From Gemmatimonadaceae bacterium (GTDB taxonomy: Bacteria > Gemmatimonadota > Gemmatimonadetes > Gemmatimonadales > Gemmatimonadaceae), in NCBI GenBank assembly GCA_045803545.1, contig JBJMOW010000002.1, forward strand, positions 256,001-320,000: DNA of 64,000 nucleotides, in the 5' to 3' direction. The position numbers and the translations under genes were made by a program. Below are positions 41,667 through 50,423 of the stretch, piece by piece. Each line of letters begins with the position of its first letter. The stretch's first letter is position 1. The notes beneath the pieces were generated by a model. The model did no database searches, had not been told where the DNA came from, and worked only from the letters and a program-made list of their open reading frames with translations.

Positions 41667-41680
41667 CGTCGAGGTCAGCA

Positions 41681-41911
41681 ATGTCGAACCGCAAGCTCGC
41701 GGTCGGTTGCGCAATCGTTGTGCTGGGAATTGCAGCGTGCGCGAAGGACGATTCGAGCGAAACTACAACTCGCTCGACCATGACAGAACGACAGAAGGAC
41801 AGCCTGATCGCACGGTCGCCGATTCCCGGAGCGAAAGCTGTGCAGAAGTCGATGAACGTCGCTGATTCCGCCTCGGCGCGGGCGCAGAGAGCAGTCGACA
41901 CTTCTCAGTAA
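41681..41911 (+). CDS. Small lipoprotein
   Basis: IAAC lipobox; GAGG RBS. Confidence 0.72.
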   Translation: MSNRKLAVGCAIVVLGIAACAKDDSSETTTRSTMTERQKDSLIARSPIPGAKAVQKSMNVADSASARAQRAVDTSQ

Positions 41912-41960
41912 AAGCCCGCGGCATTTGAAAACGGGCTGTCCTTTGCACTGACTGTAGCTC

Positions 41961-43583
41961 ATGTCAGTTGCAAGGGCGCTCGAGCGTGACGGCGCAGCAG
42001 AAGAACAACCACTAGTCGAGCCAATCGCGGCGCTCCCCGAGGGCGCTCCCCACAAATACCTGATCGCGTTCGCGGTGGTGCTGGCGGCGTTGATGCAGGT
42101 CATCGACAGCTCCATCGTCAACGTCGCTTTGCCCGACATGATGGGCAACCTCGGCGCGAGTCTCGATGAAATCGCGTGGGTTTCCACGGGCTACATCCTC
42201 GCCAGCGTAATCATCATCCCTCTCACCGGATGGCTTGGAGATTTCTTCGGCCGCAAGCGTTACTTCGTCGGCTCGATCGTAATCTTCACCGTCACCAGTT
42301 TTTTGTGTGGAGCGTCCGGCTCGCTGTCGGAGCTGGTATTCTGGCGAATCGTGCAGGGGCTCGGCGGCGGTGCGCTGATGACCGTCTCACAAGCGGTGCT
42401 GTTCGAGTCGTTCCCGCGTCGAGAGGCGGGTATGGCGATGGCACTGTTCGGACTGGGCGTGATGGTCGGTCCGACAATCGGTCCTACACTCGGCGGTTGG
42501 CTGACCGACAACTACGGCTGGCCGTGGATTTTTTACGTGAACCTGCCGGTGGGTGTGCTGGCGTCGATGATGATCATTGCATACGTCCACGATCCCGAGC
42601 ACCAGAAACGGCCGCCGTCGGTGGATTACATCGGGATTGCGCTGCTGGCGATGAGCGTCGGCTCTCTACAGTACTTGCTGGAGTACGGACAGCGCGAAGA
42701 CTGGTTCCAGTCCAGCACGATGACGTTGCTCGCCGTTGTCAGCGCCGTGGGCGGCGTCGGGCTGCTGTGGCGAGAGATGACGACCGATCACCCGGTGATT
42801 GATTTCCGGGTGCTTCGACACCGTCAGATGTGGGTCGGTACTCTGCTGGGCGTGGTGATGGGTGTCGGTTTGTTCGCCTCAGTGTTCACGCTTCCCGTGT
42901 TTCTGCAGGGCAACCTCCGGATGACGGCGCAACAAACGGGCATCGTACTGTTGCCGGGCGCCCTGGCGACCGCGGTGTCGATGGCGGTCGTCGGCCGGCT
43001 CACCAATCGCTTCGATCCCCGCGTCCTGATCACCATCGGCGCATTGCTTTTCGCCGCCGCAATGATTCGGCTCTCACGAATCACGGGCGAGAGTGGGAGT
43101 GGGGACTTTTTCTGGGCGTTGATCATGCGCGGCGTCGGACTCGGCATGATGTTCGTCCCGCTGACGACGGTCACGCTCGCCGAGCTCGATCATCGCGAGC
43201 TGCCGCAGGGCACCGGGCTTTACAACTTCTTCCGTCAGCTCGGCGGCTCACTGGGAATCGCCGCGATCGCAACCCTGTTGTCGCATTACACCGCTCAATT
43301 TCGTGCGATTCTCTCCGAACACATCTCGTACGGCGATCCGACGACGATGACGCGCGTCGACATGCTGACGCGCGGGATGATGGCGAGAGGTGCAGATATG
43401 GCCACAGCGCGTGCGAGAGCGCTGGAGATTCTGGATCGCGAGTTGATGGCGCAGGCGAGCGTCGTGGCGTATAGCCGGATCTACGTGCTGAGCGCGATCC
43501 TCATTCTCGCATTGATTCCGCTGCTGCTATTGGTGCGGCATACGAAGGGAGCAGCGGGCGGAACGCAGCACGTCATGGAATAA
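41961..43583 (+). CDS. DHA2 (EmrB/QacA) MFS efflux permease
   Basis: D.SIVNVALP, GP.IGPTLGG, WPWIFYVNLPVG, FRQLGGS. Confidence 0.92.
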   Translation: MSVARALERDGAAEEQPLVEPIAALPEGAPHKYLIAFAVVLAALMQVIDSSIVNVALPDMMGNLGASLDEIAWVSTGYILASVIIIPLTGWLGDFFGRKRYFVGSIVIFTVTSFLCGASGSLSELVFWRIVQGLGGGALMTVSQAVLFESFPRREAGMAMALFGLGVMVGPTIGPTLGGWLTDNYGWPWIFYVNLPVGVLASMMIIAYVHDPEHQKRPPSVDYIGIALLAMSVGSLQYLLEYGQREDWFQSSTMTLLAVVSAVGGVGLLWREMTTDHPVIDFRVLRHRQMWVGTLLGVVMGVGLFASVFTLPVFLQGNLRMTAQQTGIVLLPGALATAVSMAVVGRLTNRFDPRVLITIGALLFAAAMIRLSRITGESGSGDFFWALIMRGVGLGMMFVPLTTVTLAELDHRELPQGTGLYNFFRQLGGSLGIAAIATLLSHYTAQFRAILSEHISYGDPTTMTRVDMLTRGMMARGADMATARARALEILDRELMAQASVVAYSRIYVLSAILILALIPLLLLVRHTKGAAGGTQHVME

Positions 43584-43628
43584 GTCGCTGATGAACTGCT
43601 TGCTGGCTCCTCGCACTAAGCAGCGCTC

Positions 43629-45245
43629 TTACCGCTTTCCCGCCGGCTTCGAAGGAGCTTCCGCGCTGGCTCCTGCTGCGCGCGCATCATCCGGATCCGC
43701 GAAGCTCACATCCTTCCCGCGCTGCTTGAGCATGTTGAGGATGCCGACCTTATCGGTCGCCTTGAAATAGGCTTCCTGCGGCTCGACCTGCTTCTGGTCC
43801 ACCAGCTCCACCAGCGCGTCGTTCATCGTCACCATTCCCAGGCGACGCGAAGTCTGCAGCACTGAGGGAAGCTGGAAGGTCTTGCCTTCGCGAATCAGGT
43901 TCGAGACTGACGGCGTAGACAACATGATCTCGCGTGCCGCGACACGGCCGCCGCCAATTTTCTTGCACAGCACCTGCGAGATGACGCCCTTGATCGATTC
44001 GGAGAGCATCACGCGGATCTGCTCCTGACGATCGGGTGGGAACTGGTCGATGACGCGGTCGACGGTGCTGACCGCGGTCGATGTATGGAGCGTGCCGAAA
44101 ACGAGGTGACCGGTTTCAGCTGTCTCAATTGCCATCGAAACCGTCTCCAGGTCGCGAAGCTCACCGACGAGCACGATGTCCGGATCCTCACGCAGTGCGG
44201 CGCGCAAGGCGTGCTTGAACGAAGAGGTGTGCACTCCGACGTGGCGCTGGGTGATCAGGCACTTCTTGCTCTCGTGAACGAATTCGATCGGATCTTCGAT
44301 GGTGATGACGTGGTCCGAGCGGGTGCGGTTGATCAGGTCGATCAGCGCGCACAGCGTCGTCGACTTACCTGAGCCCGTCGGGCCGGTGACGAGAACCAGG
44401 CCCTTCGTCAGATGACAAAGGCGCTGCACTTCCGGCGAGATTCCCATCTGCTCGACGGTGACGACCGCCGCAGGAATGGCGCGGAATACTGCGCCTGTCC
44501 CTTTTCGCTCACGCAACGCGTTACCACGGAAGCGCGCGATGCCAGGAATCTCGTGTGCGAAGTCGCTGTCGTTCAAGTCTTTGAACTCTTCGCGATTCCG
44601 CTCGAGCATCACTGCGTCCAGCATCGCCTCGATGTCTTCCGAGGAAAGCGCCGGTTCATTCGCGATCGGCAGAATATCGCCGCTCGCGCGAAGCAGCGGC
44701 GGCGACCCGGCTCGCAAGTGAAGATCGGAAGCCTTGTGCGTGATCAGTGCCCTGAGCAGAGTCTCCATCTTCTCGAGCGCGCGGCCTCCGCCCAGCGAGG
44801 AACGCGGAGTCGCGGCTGCCGGAGTCGGTCTCGCTTCGGCGCGCGCAGGAGCGGGAGACGACACGGCCGGTGTCGACGCGATCGCTGCCGTCGGCGTAAA
44901 GCCGACAACGGGCGAAACCGGCGCCGGATTCGTCTTGGGCGACGCGGCAGTGGCTGGCTCGATGCGGGCGCCGATTTTTCCATTCTGCGTCATCGAAACT
45001 TCGAACGTTCCATCCGCGCAGCTATACTGGAATCGTACGCTGCCCTGGGCGTCGAGCTGGTGCGGCTGATTTGCCGGCGCAATCTCACGCACCAGCGTGA
45101 GGATCTGCGCGCTTGTCAGCGCCTGCTTCATCACCGGACGTGGCTGATCCTTGATGGTCAGCGTCGCGATCTCGCCCTCGGTCAGAACGAGCGATGTCGC
45201 TTTGTTGGTGATGAGAAGATTGAGAAAGCGATCTAGCTGCGCCAT
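43629..45245 (-). CDS. pilT: PilT/PilU family type IV pilus ATPase with extra N-terminal domain
   Basis: ASDLHL, GPTGSGKSTT, TIEDPIE, ALREDPD, GHLVFGTLH. Confidence 0.9.
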   Translation of the reverse strand: MAQLDRFLNLLITNKATSLVLTEGEIATLTIKDQPRPVMKQALTSAQILTLVREIAPANQPHQLDAQGSVRFQYSCADGTFEVSMTQNGKIGARIEPATAASPKTNPAPVSPVVGFTPTAAIASTPAVSSPAPARAEARPTPAAATPRSSLGGGRALEKMETLLRALITHKASDLHLRAGSPPLLRASGDILPIANEPALSSEDIEAMLDAVMLERNREEFKDLNDSDFAHEIPGIARFRGNALRERKGTGAVFRAIPAAVVTVEQMGISPEVQRLCHLTKGLVLVTGPTGSGKSTTLCALIDLINRTRSDHVITIEDPIEFVHESKKCLITQRHVGVHTSSFKHALRAALREDPDIVLVGELRDLETVSMAIETAETGHLVFGTLHTSTAVSTVDRVIDQFPPDRQEQIRVMLSESIKGVISQVLCKKIGGGRVAAREIMLSTPSVSNLIREGKTFQLPSVLQTSRRLGMVTMNDALVELVDQKQVEPQEAYFKATDKVGILNMLKQRGKDVSFADPDDARAAGASAEAPSKPAGKR

Positions 45246-45246
45246 G

Positions 45247-45744
45247 TCAGTCCAGTGGGCGAACGCGATCGATGAGCGAGCGATTGATCAGTCGCGCTTC
45301 GTTCGACGTATAGAGTGTGAGGAACCGGGACGTGAGCGCGTTGAGGTAATCGAGCACACGCGCACGGTCCGGACGTGCTTCCAGGCGAATGGAGCCGAGT
45401 CGAACCTCGCCGCCGATCAGAATGATCTGCAGCAGGGCAGTTGGAATTGGTCCTTCGCTTGGGTTCTGATCCGAGGCGTCTTCGCCGCGGTTTGCTGCAA
45501 CTTCGGCGACGCGCTCTTTCGAGATCAGAATCACTTCGCCAGTCTCCATCTCCAACGGAAAAAACGTTGTCGTGTCGTTGAAGACTTCGGAGACATCGGC
45601 GAGCTCGAACGGCCGAAACGAGGAAAGATGAATGAACACGTTTCCACGAATTTCTTCGCCGCTCAACATCGTGAGAATCACCGCTTTTCGAGTCGTCTCG
45701 ATGCGGTAGAGATTCGCGGTGTCACTTGTGTAAGGCATCGGCAC
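45247..45744 (-). CDS. Hypothetical protein with two tandem small beta domains
   Basis: Internal repeat GEEIRG.V...FFPL....LISK..V / GGEVRLG.I...RVLDYLN....FL.L....LINR..I; ends 1 nt before pilT. Confidence 0.72.
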   Translation of the reverse strand: MPMPYTSDTANLYRIETTRKAVILTMLSGEEIRGNVFIHLSSFRPFELADVSEVFNDTTTFFPLEMETGEVILISKERVAEVAANRGEDASDQNPSEGPIPTALLQIILIGGEVRLGSIRLEARPDRARVLDYLNALTSRFLTLYTSNEARLINRSLIDRVRPLD

Positions 45745-45941
45745 GCGCGATCTGGGTTAGGCGTGGGTGCTTCGTTCTTACAAAGACTGTTTTCCGACCT
45801 CAGCCGTCACGTATTTTTGAGCTGAATTTCCCTCTTGCGACGGGGGTATTTCCCCTTCTGGCCAACACAAAGGTGATGCGCCAACTACCCTAGTGTCCCT
45901 GGGCCTTAATTCGTACTTTCCCGTGTCCTTTTCAGCCCGGG

Positions 45942-47666
45942 ATGGCGATGACTACTGGCTTTGCGCTTCCGTTCTTTCAACCGCAACGACCGACGTACGA
46001 CGTTGTCATAGTAGGCTCCGGCGCTGGCGGCGGGATGGCCGCCTACACGCTGACTCGCGCCGGCGCAAACGTCCTGCTGCTCGAGGCGGGCGGGCCTTGG
46101 GACAATCTCAAGGATTCACAGATGCTGCGATGGCCGTACACATCGCCGCGTCGTGGAGCTTCCACGCCGGACCGGCCGTTTGGTGAATTCGATGCCTGCG
46201 TCGGCGGCTGGGAGCTTCAGGGCGAGCCGTTCACGGTAGCCGAGGGAAATGAATTCAGGTGGTGGCGCGCCCGGATGGTCGGCGGGCGGACCAATCACTG
46301 GGGCCGTATCTCGCTCCGCTTCGGTCCCAACGACTTCAAGGCGAAGAGTCGAGACGGGCTCGGCGACGATTGGCCGATCACCTACGAGGATGTCGCGCCC
46401 TACTACGACCGACTGGACAAACTCGTCGGCGTATTCGGCAACAATGACAACCTGCCCAATCACCCTGGCGGATATTTTCTACCGCCGCCGGCGCCGCGTT
46501 GTTACGAGCTGATGGTCAAGGACGCCGCCGATCGACTGAACATCACCTGTGTCTCGGCCCGGCTGTCGATCATCACCAAGAATCACAACGGCCGCATGGC
46601 CTGTCACTACTGCGGGCAGTGCAATCGCGGCTGCCGCACCAACTCGAACTTCACCGCGACCAACGTGCTGATCGCGCCGGCGCTGCAAACCGGGCGCCTG
46701 ACACTGCGCACGAACTCGATGGTGCGCGAAGTCACGCTCAATGATCGCGGGTTGGCGAGCGGCGTCACTTATATCGACACAAAGACCGGCACCGAGCAGC
46801 ACGCTATGGGGCGTGTCGTGGTACTCGCGGCGAGCGCTTGTGAGACTGCCAGACTGCTTCTCAACTCGAAGTCTCCAAGATTCCCGAACGGGTTGGCCAA
46901 CACCAGCGGTCTCGTCGGCAAGTACCTCACCGACACCACTGGCACCGATGTCGGCGGATTTGTCCCGAAGATGATGAACCACGTTCCGCACAACGAAGAC
47001 GGCGTTGGCGGAATGCACATCTACATGCCGTGGTGGCTGGACAATCGGAAGCTCGATTTCCCGCGCGGATACCACATCGAGACGGGCGGCGGCCTCACCG
47101 GGCCACCGGAGTACGGATTCCTGAATGGCATCCAGAACTATCCGACGGGTGGGGGATACGGCAAAAAGCTCAAGGACGACTATCGCCGGTACGCCGGGGC
47201 GCAAATCTATTTCTCGGGTCGCGGCGAGATGATCCCGAATGACAAGAGCTACTGCGAGATCGATCCGGTGATGAAGGACAAGTACGGCATCCCGGTGCTT
47301 CGATTCCACTGGGAGTGGGCGGATTACGAGTACAATCAGGTTCGCCACATGCAGCAGACTTTCCGCTCACTGATCGAACAGATGGGCGGGCAGGTCTTCA
47401 GTTCCATGCCAGATCGGCAAAAGGGATACGGCATCGCGCGCGGCGGTGAGATCATCCACGAGCTCGGCACTACTCGCATGGGTAGCGACCCGTCGAAGGC
47501 TGTAGTCGATGCCAATTGTCGGGCCCATGACGTGAAGAACCTTTTCATCACTGATGGCGGTCCGTTCGTGTCGCAGGCCGACAAGAATCCGACGTGGACG
47601 ATCATGGCGCTTTCGATGCGCACGAGTGACTTCATTACCGGCGAGACAAAGAGGGGGGCGCTCTAA
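45942..47666 (+). CDS. GMC family oxidoreductase
   Basis: GSGAGGG, CHYCGQCNRGC, IHELGTTRMG, NPTWTI. Confidence 0.92.
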   Translation: MAMTTGFALPFFQPQRPTYDVVIVGSGAGGGMAAYTLTRAGANVLLLEAGGPWDNLKDSQMLRWPYTSPRRGASTPDRPFGEFDACVGGWELQGEPFTVAEGNEFRWWRARMVGGRTNHWGRISLRFGPNDFKAKSRDGLGDDWPITYEDVAPYYDRLDKLVGVFGNNDNLPNHPGGYFLPPPAPRCYELMVKDAADRLNITCVSARLSIITKNHNGRMACHYCGQCNRGCRTNSNFTATNVLIAPALQTGRLTLRTNSMVREVTLNDRGLASGVTYIDTKTGTEQHAMGRVVVLAASACETARLLLNSKSPRFPNGLANTSGLVGKYLTDTTGTDVGGFVPKMMNHVPHNEDGVGGMHIYMPWWLDNRKLDFPRGYHIETGGGLTGPPEYGFLNGIQNYPTGGGYGKKLKDDYRRYAGAQIYFSGRGEMIPNDKSYCEIDPVMKDKYGIPVLRFHWEWADYEYNQVRHMQQTFRSLIEQMGGQVFSSMPDRQKGYGIARGGEIIHELGTTRMGSDPSKAVVDANCRAHDVKNLFITDGGPFVSQADKNPTWTIMALSMRTSDFITGETKRGAL

Positions 47667-48307
47667 TGGCAAAGGACATTTCTCGCCGTGAAGCGGTGCA
47701 GGCTCTCGCCGCACTCCCCGCGGCTGTCTTCTGGTCGACCGCCGAGCTGGAACGGGCGCGCAAGTTTGTCGACAACGCGTTGAGCGCAACGGCACAGGGG
47801 AAAGCATTCGCGCCGAAGTTTTTTAGCGCCGCCGAATGGAAAACCGTGCGTGTGCTCTGCGACATGGTAATTCCGCGCGACGAGCGCTCGGGCGGCGCCG
47901 TCGACGCGGGCGTACCAGAGTTCATGGATTTCACGATGACGGATCGGCCGCGCTATCAGCAGAGAATGCGAGATGGGCTCGCGTGGATCGATGCTGAATC
48001 CAACCGGCGGTTCGGGAAGCCGTTTGCTGCCGCGACTGCAACACAGCGTGAAGCGATTCTCAACGATATCGCGTGGCCCGCGCGTGCTCCCGCATCGATG
48101 AAAGATGGGGTCGATTTCTTCAACGGCTTCCGCGATCTAACTGCGTCGGGATATTGGTCCAGCGAGATCGGGGTGAAGGATCTCCGCTACATGGGGAACG
48201 TATTCAATCCGAACTGGAATGGCTGCCCGCCGGCAGCTCTGAAGAAACTCGGCGTCACCTACGCAAAATTCGACAGAACCAAGCTGCGTCTCACCCCCGA
48301 AGGATAG
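47666..48307 (+). CDS. Gluconate 2-dehydrogenase subunit 3 family
   Basis: SRREA, DMVIP.D..SGGA.DAGV, GYWSSEIG. Confidence 0.88.
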   Translation: MAKDISRREAVQALAALPAAVFWSTAELERARKFVDNALSATAQGKAFAPKFFSAAEWKTVRVLCDMVIPRDERSGGAVDAGVPEFMDFTMTDRPRYQQRMRDGLAWIDAESNRRFGKPFAAATATQREAILNDIAWPARAPASMKDGVDFFNGFRDLTASGYWSSEIGVKDLRYMGNVFNPNWNGCPPAALKKLGVTYAKFDRTKLRLTPEG

Positions 48308-48332
48308 ACCTTAACCATCGACGCGAATTGAC

Positions 48333-49586
48333 ATGACAGATCGACTTGGCATTGGTTTCGTCGGCAGCGGGTTCAATGCCCGCTTTCACATCCTCTCGCT
48401 GACCTCTGTCCGCGAGATCGATGTCCGCGGCGTGTACAGCCCAAACGAAAAGAACGCGGCGTCAACGGCAGCGCTCGCCCGCGAGCTCGATGTCGGCGAG
48501 GCGAGGCCGTACAAATCCATACGCGACATGGTCGCGGATCCGGCGATCAATGCGCTTTGGCTGTGCGGTCCCAATCAGGCACGCATCGACAACATCACCG
48601 AGATCGTCGACGCGATCAAATCGGGAGCCGGTACGTTGCGCGGCCTGGCGTGTGAGAAGCCGCTCGCGCGCAACGTCGCTGAGGCAAAAAAAGTCGTCGA
48701 CATGGTCAAGAGCGTCGGACTCGCCACCAGTTACCTCGAGAACCAGTTGTACTCGCCCGACATCACGCGCGGTAAGGAATTGATCTGGGCGCGTGGTGCA
48801 TCGCTTACCGGTCGGCCGTATCTGGCGCGTGCCGCCGAGGAGCACAGCGGCCCGCACATGCCATGGTTCTGGCAGGGCAACATGCAGGGCGGGGGCGTGC
48901 TCAACGACATGATGTGTCACTCCGTCGAAGTCGTGCGACACTTGCTCACCAAACCGGGCTCCCCGCGGTCGTCGATCAAACCAGTGCGGGTCAGCGGTCA
49001 CATCGCTTCACTGAAGTGGTCACGGCCGCATTATGCCAAACTATTGTCGGAAACGATGGGCAAGGATGTCGACTACACCAAACGGCCGTCCGAGGATTTT
49101 GCCCGCGCCACCATCGAATACGAATCGGAGGAGGGCGAGCCGCTGGTGGGCGAGGTGACCACCTCGTGGAGTTTCGTCGGCGCCGGACTCCGCCTGTCAG
49201 CGGAGTTGCTCGGTCCGGAGTATTCCATGTCCTGGAACACGCTCGACTCGAGCCTGAAGTTGTTTTTCAGTCGTGAAGTGAGCGGCAAGGCGGGTGAGGA
49301 CCTGGTCGAGAAGCAGAACGCCGAGATGGGCCTAATGCCTGTAGTCGCCGAGGAAGCCTCGGTCTATGGGTATAGTGCCGAGAACCGGCAGACCGCCCGA
49401 GCGTTTCTGAAGGGCGAGAAGCCCATGCTCACATTTGATGACGGGCTCGAGGTCGTCAAAATCCTGATGACGGCCTATATGAGCGCCCAGACCGGCCGTA
49501 CCCTCGATTTCCCGCCCAAGGACTTGGACTCCTTTGTACCGGCGGTCGCGCAGGGGAAGTGGAATCCGAGGGGACGTGCGGGATGA
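48333..49586 (+). CDS. Gfo/Idh/MocA family oxidoreductase
   Basis: GFVGSGF, CEKPL, EEHSGPH, GGGVLNDM.CH. Confidence 0.88.
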   Translation: MTDRLGIGFVGSGFNARFHILSLTSVREIDVRGVYSPNEKNAASTAALARELDVGEARPYKSIRDMVADPAINALWLCGPNQARIDNITEIVDAIKSGAGTLRGLACEKPLARNVAEAKKVVDMVKSVGLATSYLENQLYSPDITRGKELIWARGASLTGRPYLARAAEEHSGPHMPWFWQGNMQGGGVLNDMMCHSVEVVRHLLTKPGSPRSSIKPVRVSGHIASLKWSRPHYAKLLSETMGKDVDYTKRPSEDFARATIEYESEEGEPLVGEVTTSWSFVGAGLRLSAELLGPEYSMSWNTLDSSLKLFFSREVSGKAGEDLVEKQNAEMGLMPVVAEEASVYGYSAENRQTARAFLKGEKPMLTFDDGLEVVKILMTAYMSAQTGRTLDFPPKDLDSFVPAVAQGKWNPRGRAG

Positions 49587-49646
49587 GGGATGGGGGATGA
49601 GGCCGAAAACGAAGGCTCATCCCCCATCCCCCATCCCTCATCCCGC
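49578..49646. repeat. Heptamer-repeat hairpin (GGGATGR x3 / YCATCCC x4)
   Basis: Tandem 7-mers in inverted orientation; the first unit contains the TGA stop of the upstream gene. Confidence 0.88.
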
Positions 49647-49649
49647 CTC

Positions 49650-49666
49650 TTGGCACGGCCAATGCT
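49650..49666 (+). promoter_or_regulatory. Sigma-54 promoter candidate TTGGCACGGCCAATGCT
   Basis: GG-N10-GC with TGGCACG, 35 nt before ATG 49702. Confidence 0.6.
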
Positions 49667-49701
49667 ATTGATGAGCTGTGACATCGATTAGGATTATGGG
49701 A

Positions 49702-50016
49702 ATGAGACTCGCTCATCTGACACTAGCAATCGCAACCGCCGCCACCTTCGGGTGTGCAACTGAAAGGGCAGTCGCCCCACGCTCTGCCAATCCGGGTATG
49801 ATCGCGCAGGTTTCGCCGAATGCGTTGACGACACCGCCGCTTTACGTCGTTGACGGGGTGCGCCTGAAGCTCGATCAGGTTCCCGTTCTCAACTCCGATG
49901 ACGTCCTCTCTGTTAGCGTAGTGAAGGGACACCTCGCGCTGCAGAAATACGGTCCTGAAGCCGCCTACGGTGTGGTCATAGTTCGGACAAAAGCCGGTAA
50001 CGTTCCGCAGACCTGA
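49702..50016 (+). CDS. Small lipoprotein with a stand-alone SusC/TonB plug-like signature
   Basis: TFGC lipobox; PLYVVDG...SVSVVKG..A...YG..AAYGVVIV.TK. Confidence 0.75.
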   Translation: MRLAHLTLAIATAATFGCATERAVAPRSANPGMIAQVSPNALTTPPLYVVDGVRLKLDQVPVLNSDDVLSVSVVKGHLALQKYGPEAAYGVVIVRTKAGNVPQT

Positions 50017-50042
50017 GCAGCTGTCTCGACAGGTTAGCCGAT

Positions 50043-50082
50043 CAACAAAAGGGCACCCTTCGCGGGTGCCCTTTGTTGTTTT
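50043..50082. terminator. Bidirectional intrinsic terminator
   Basis: AAAGGGCACCC-loop-GGGTGCCCTTT between convergent genes. Confidence 0.85.
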
Positions 50083-50087
50083 CCTCG

Positions 50088-50327
50088 CTAGCTGGACCTG
50101 TCGCCGTGTGACCTTCGGCCGCCCTTCCTCATCGGCTCGTGGTTCTCCGGCTCGCCGTATCCGCCGCCGCCGGGCTTTTCACCTCCGCCGTGGACCTTGT
50201 TCACGGTCGCCCAGGCCCGCCGCTCGGCCTCATCCTTGGATACGCCTCTCGTCTCGTAACCCTCTTCTATGTGCTCCGCCTGCCGTTTCTCTTTGTCAGT
50301 GTATTTCGATTTGTCTCCGCGAGGCAT
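50088..50327 (-). CDS. Small hydrophilic conserved protein (MPRGDKS..TDK.KR.AEHIE family, often labelled plasmid stabilization protein)
   Basis: AEHIEEGYE.RGV...EAERRAWATVNK; AGGAGG RBS before ATG 50327. Confidence 0.82.
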   Translation of the reverse strand: MPRGDKSKYTDKEKRQAEHIEEGYETRGVSKDEAERRAWATVNKVHGGGEKPGGGGYGEPENHEPMRKGGRRSHGDRSS

Positions 50328-50358
50328 TTCTTCCTCCTGTTTGCCCGTGAATCGATTC

Positions 50359-50375
50359 TGCAGACCACGTACCGG
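50359..50375 (-). promoter_or_regulatory. Sigma-54 promoter candidate CCGGTACGTGGTCTGCA
   Basis: GG-N10-GC spacing, about 30 nt before ATG 50327. Confidence 0.45.
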
Positions 50376-50423
50376 CCTGAGCGTCTGGCACCGGGTTGCT
50401 ACTGATAGCATTTTCTTCTGCGA

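Noticed and set aside
50386..50400. TGGCACCGGGTTGCT, sigma-54-like site before the UPF0182 gene
   Set aside because: GG-to-GC spacing is 9 nt rather than the required 10.
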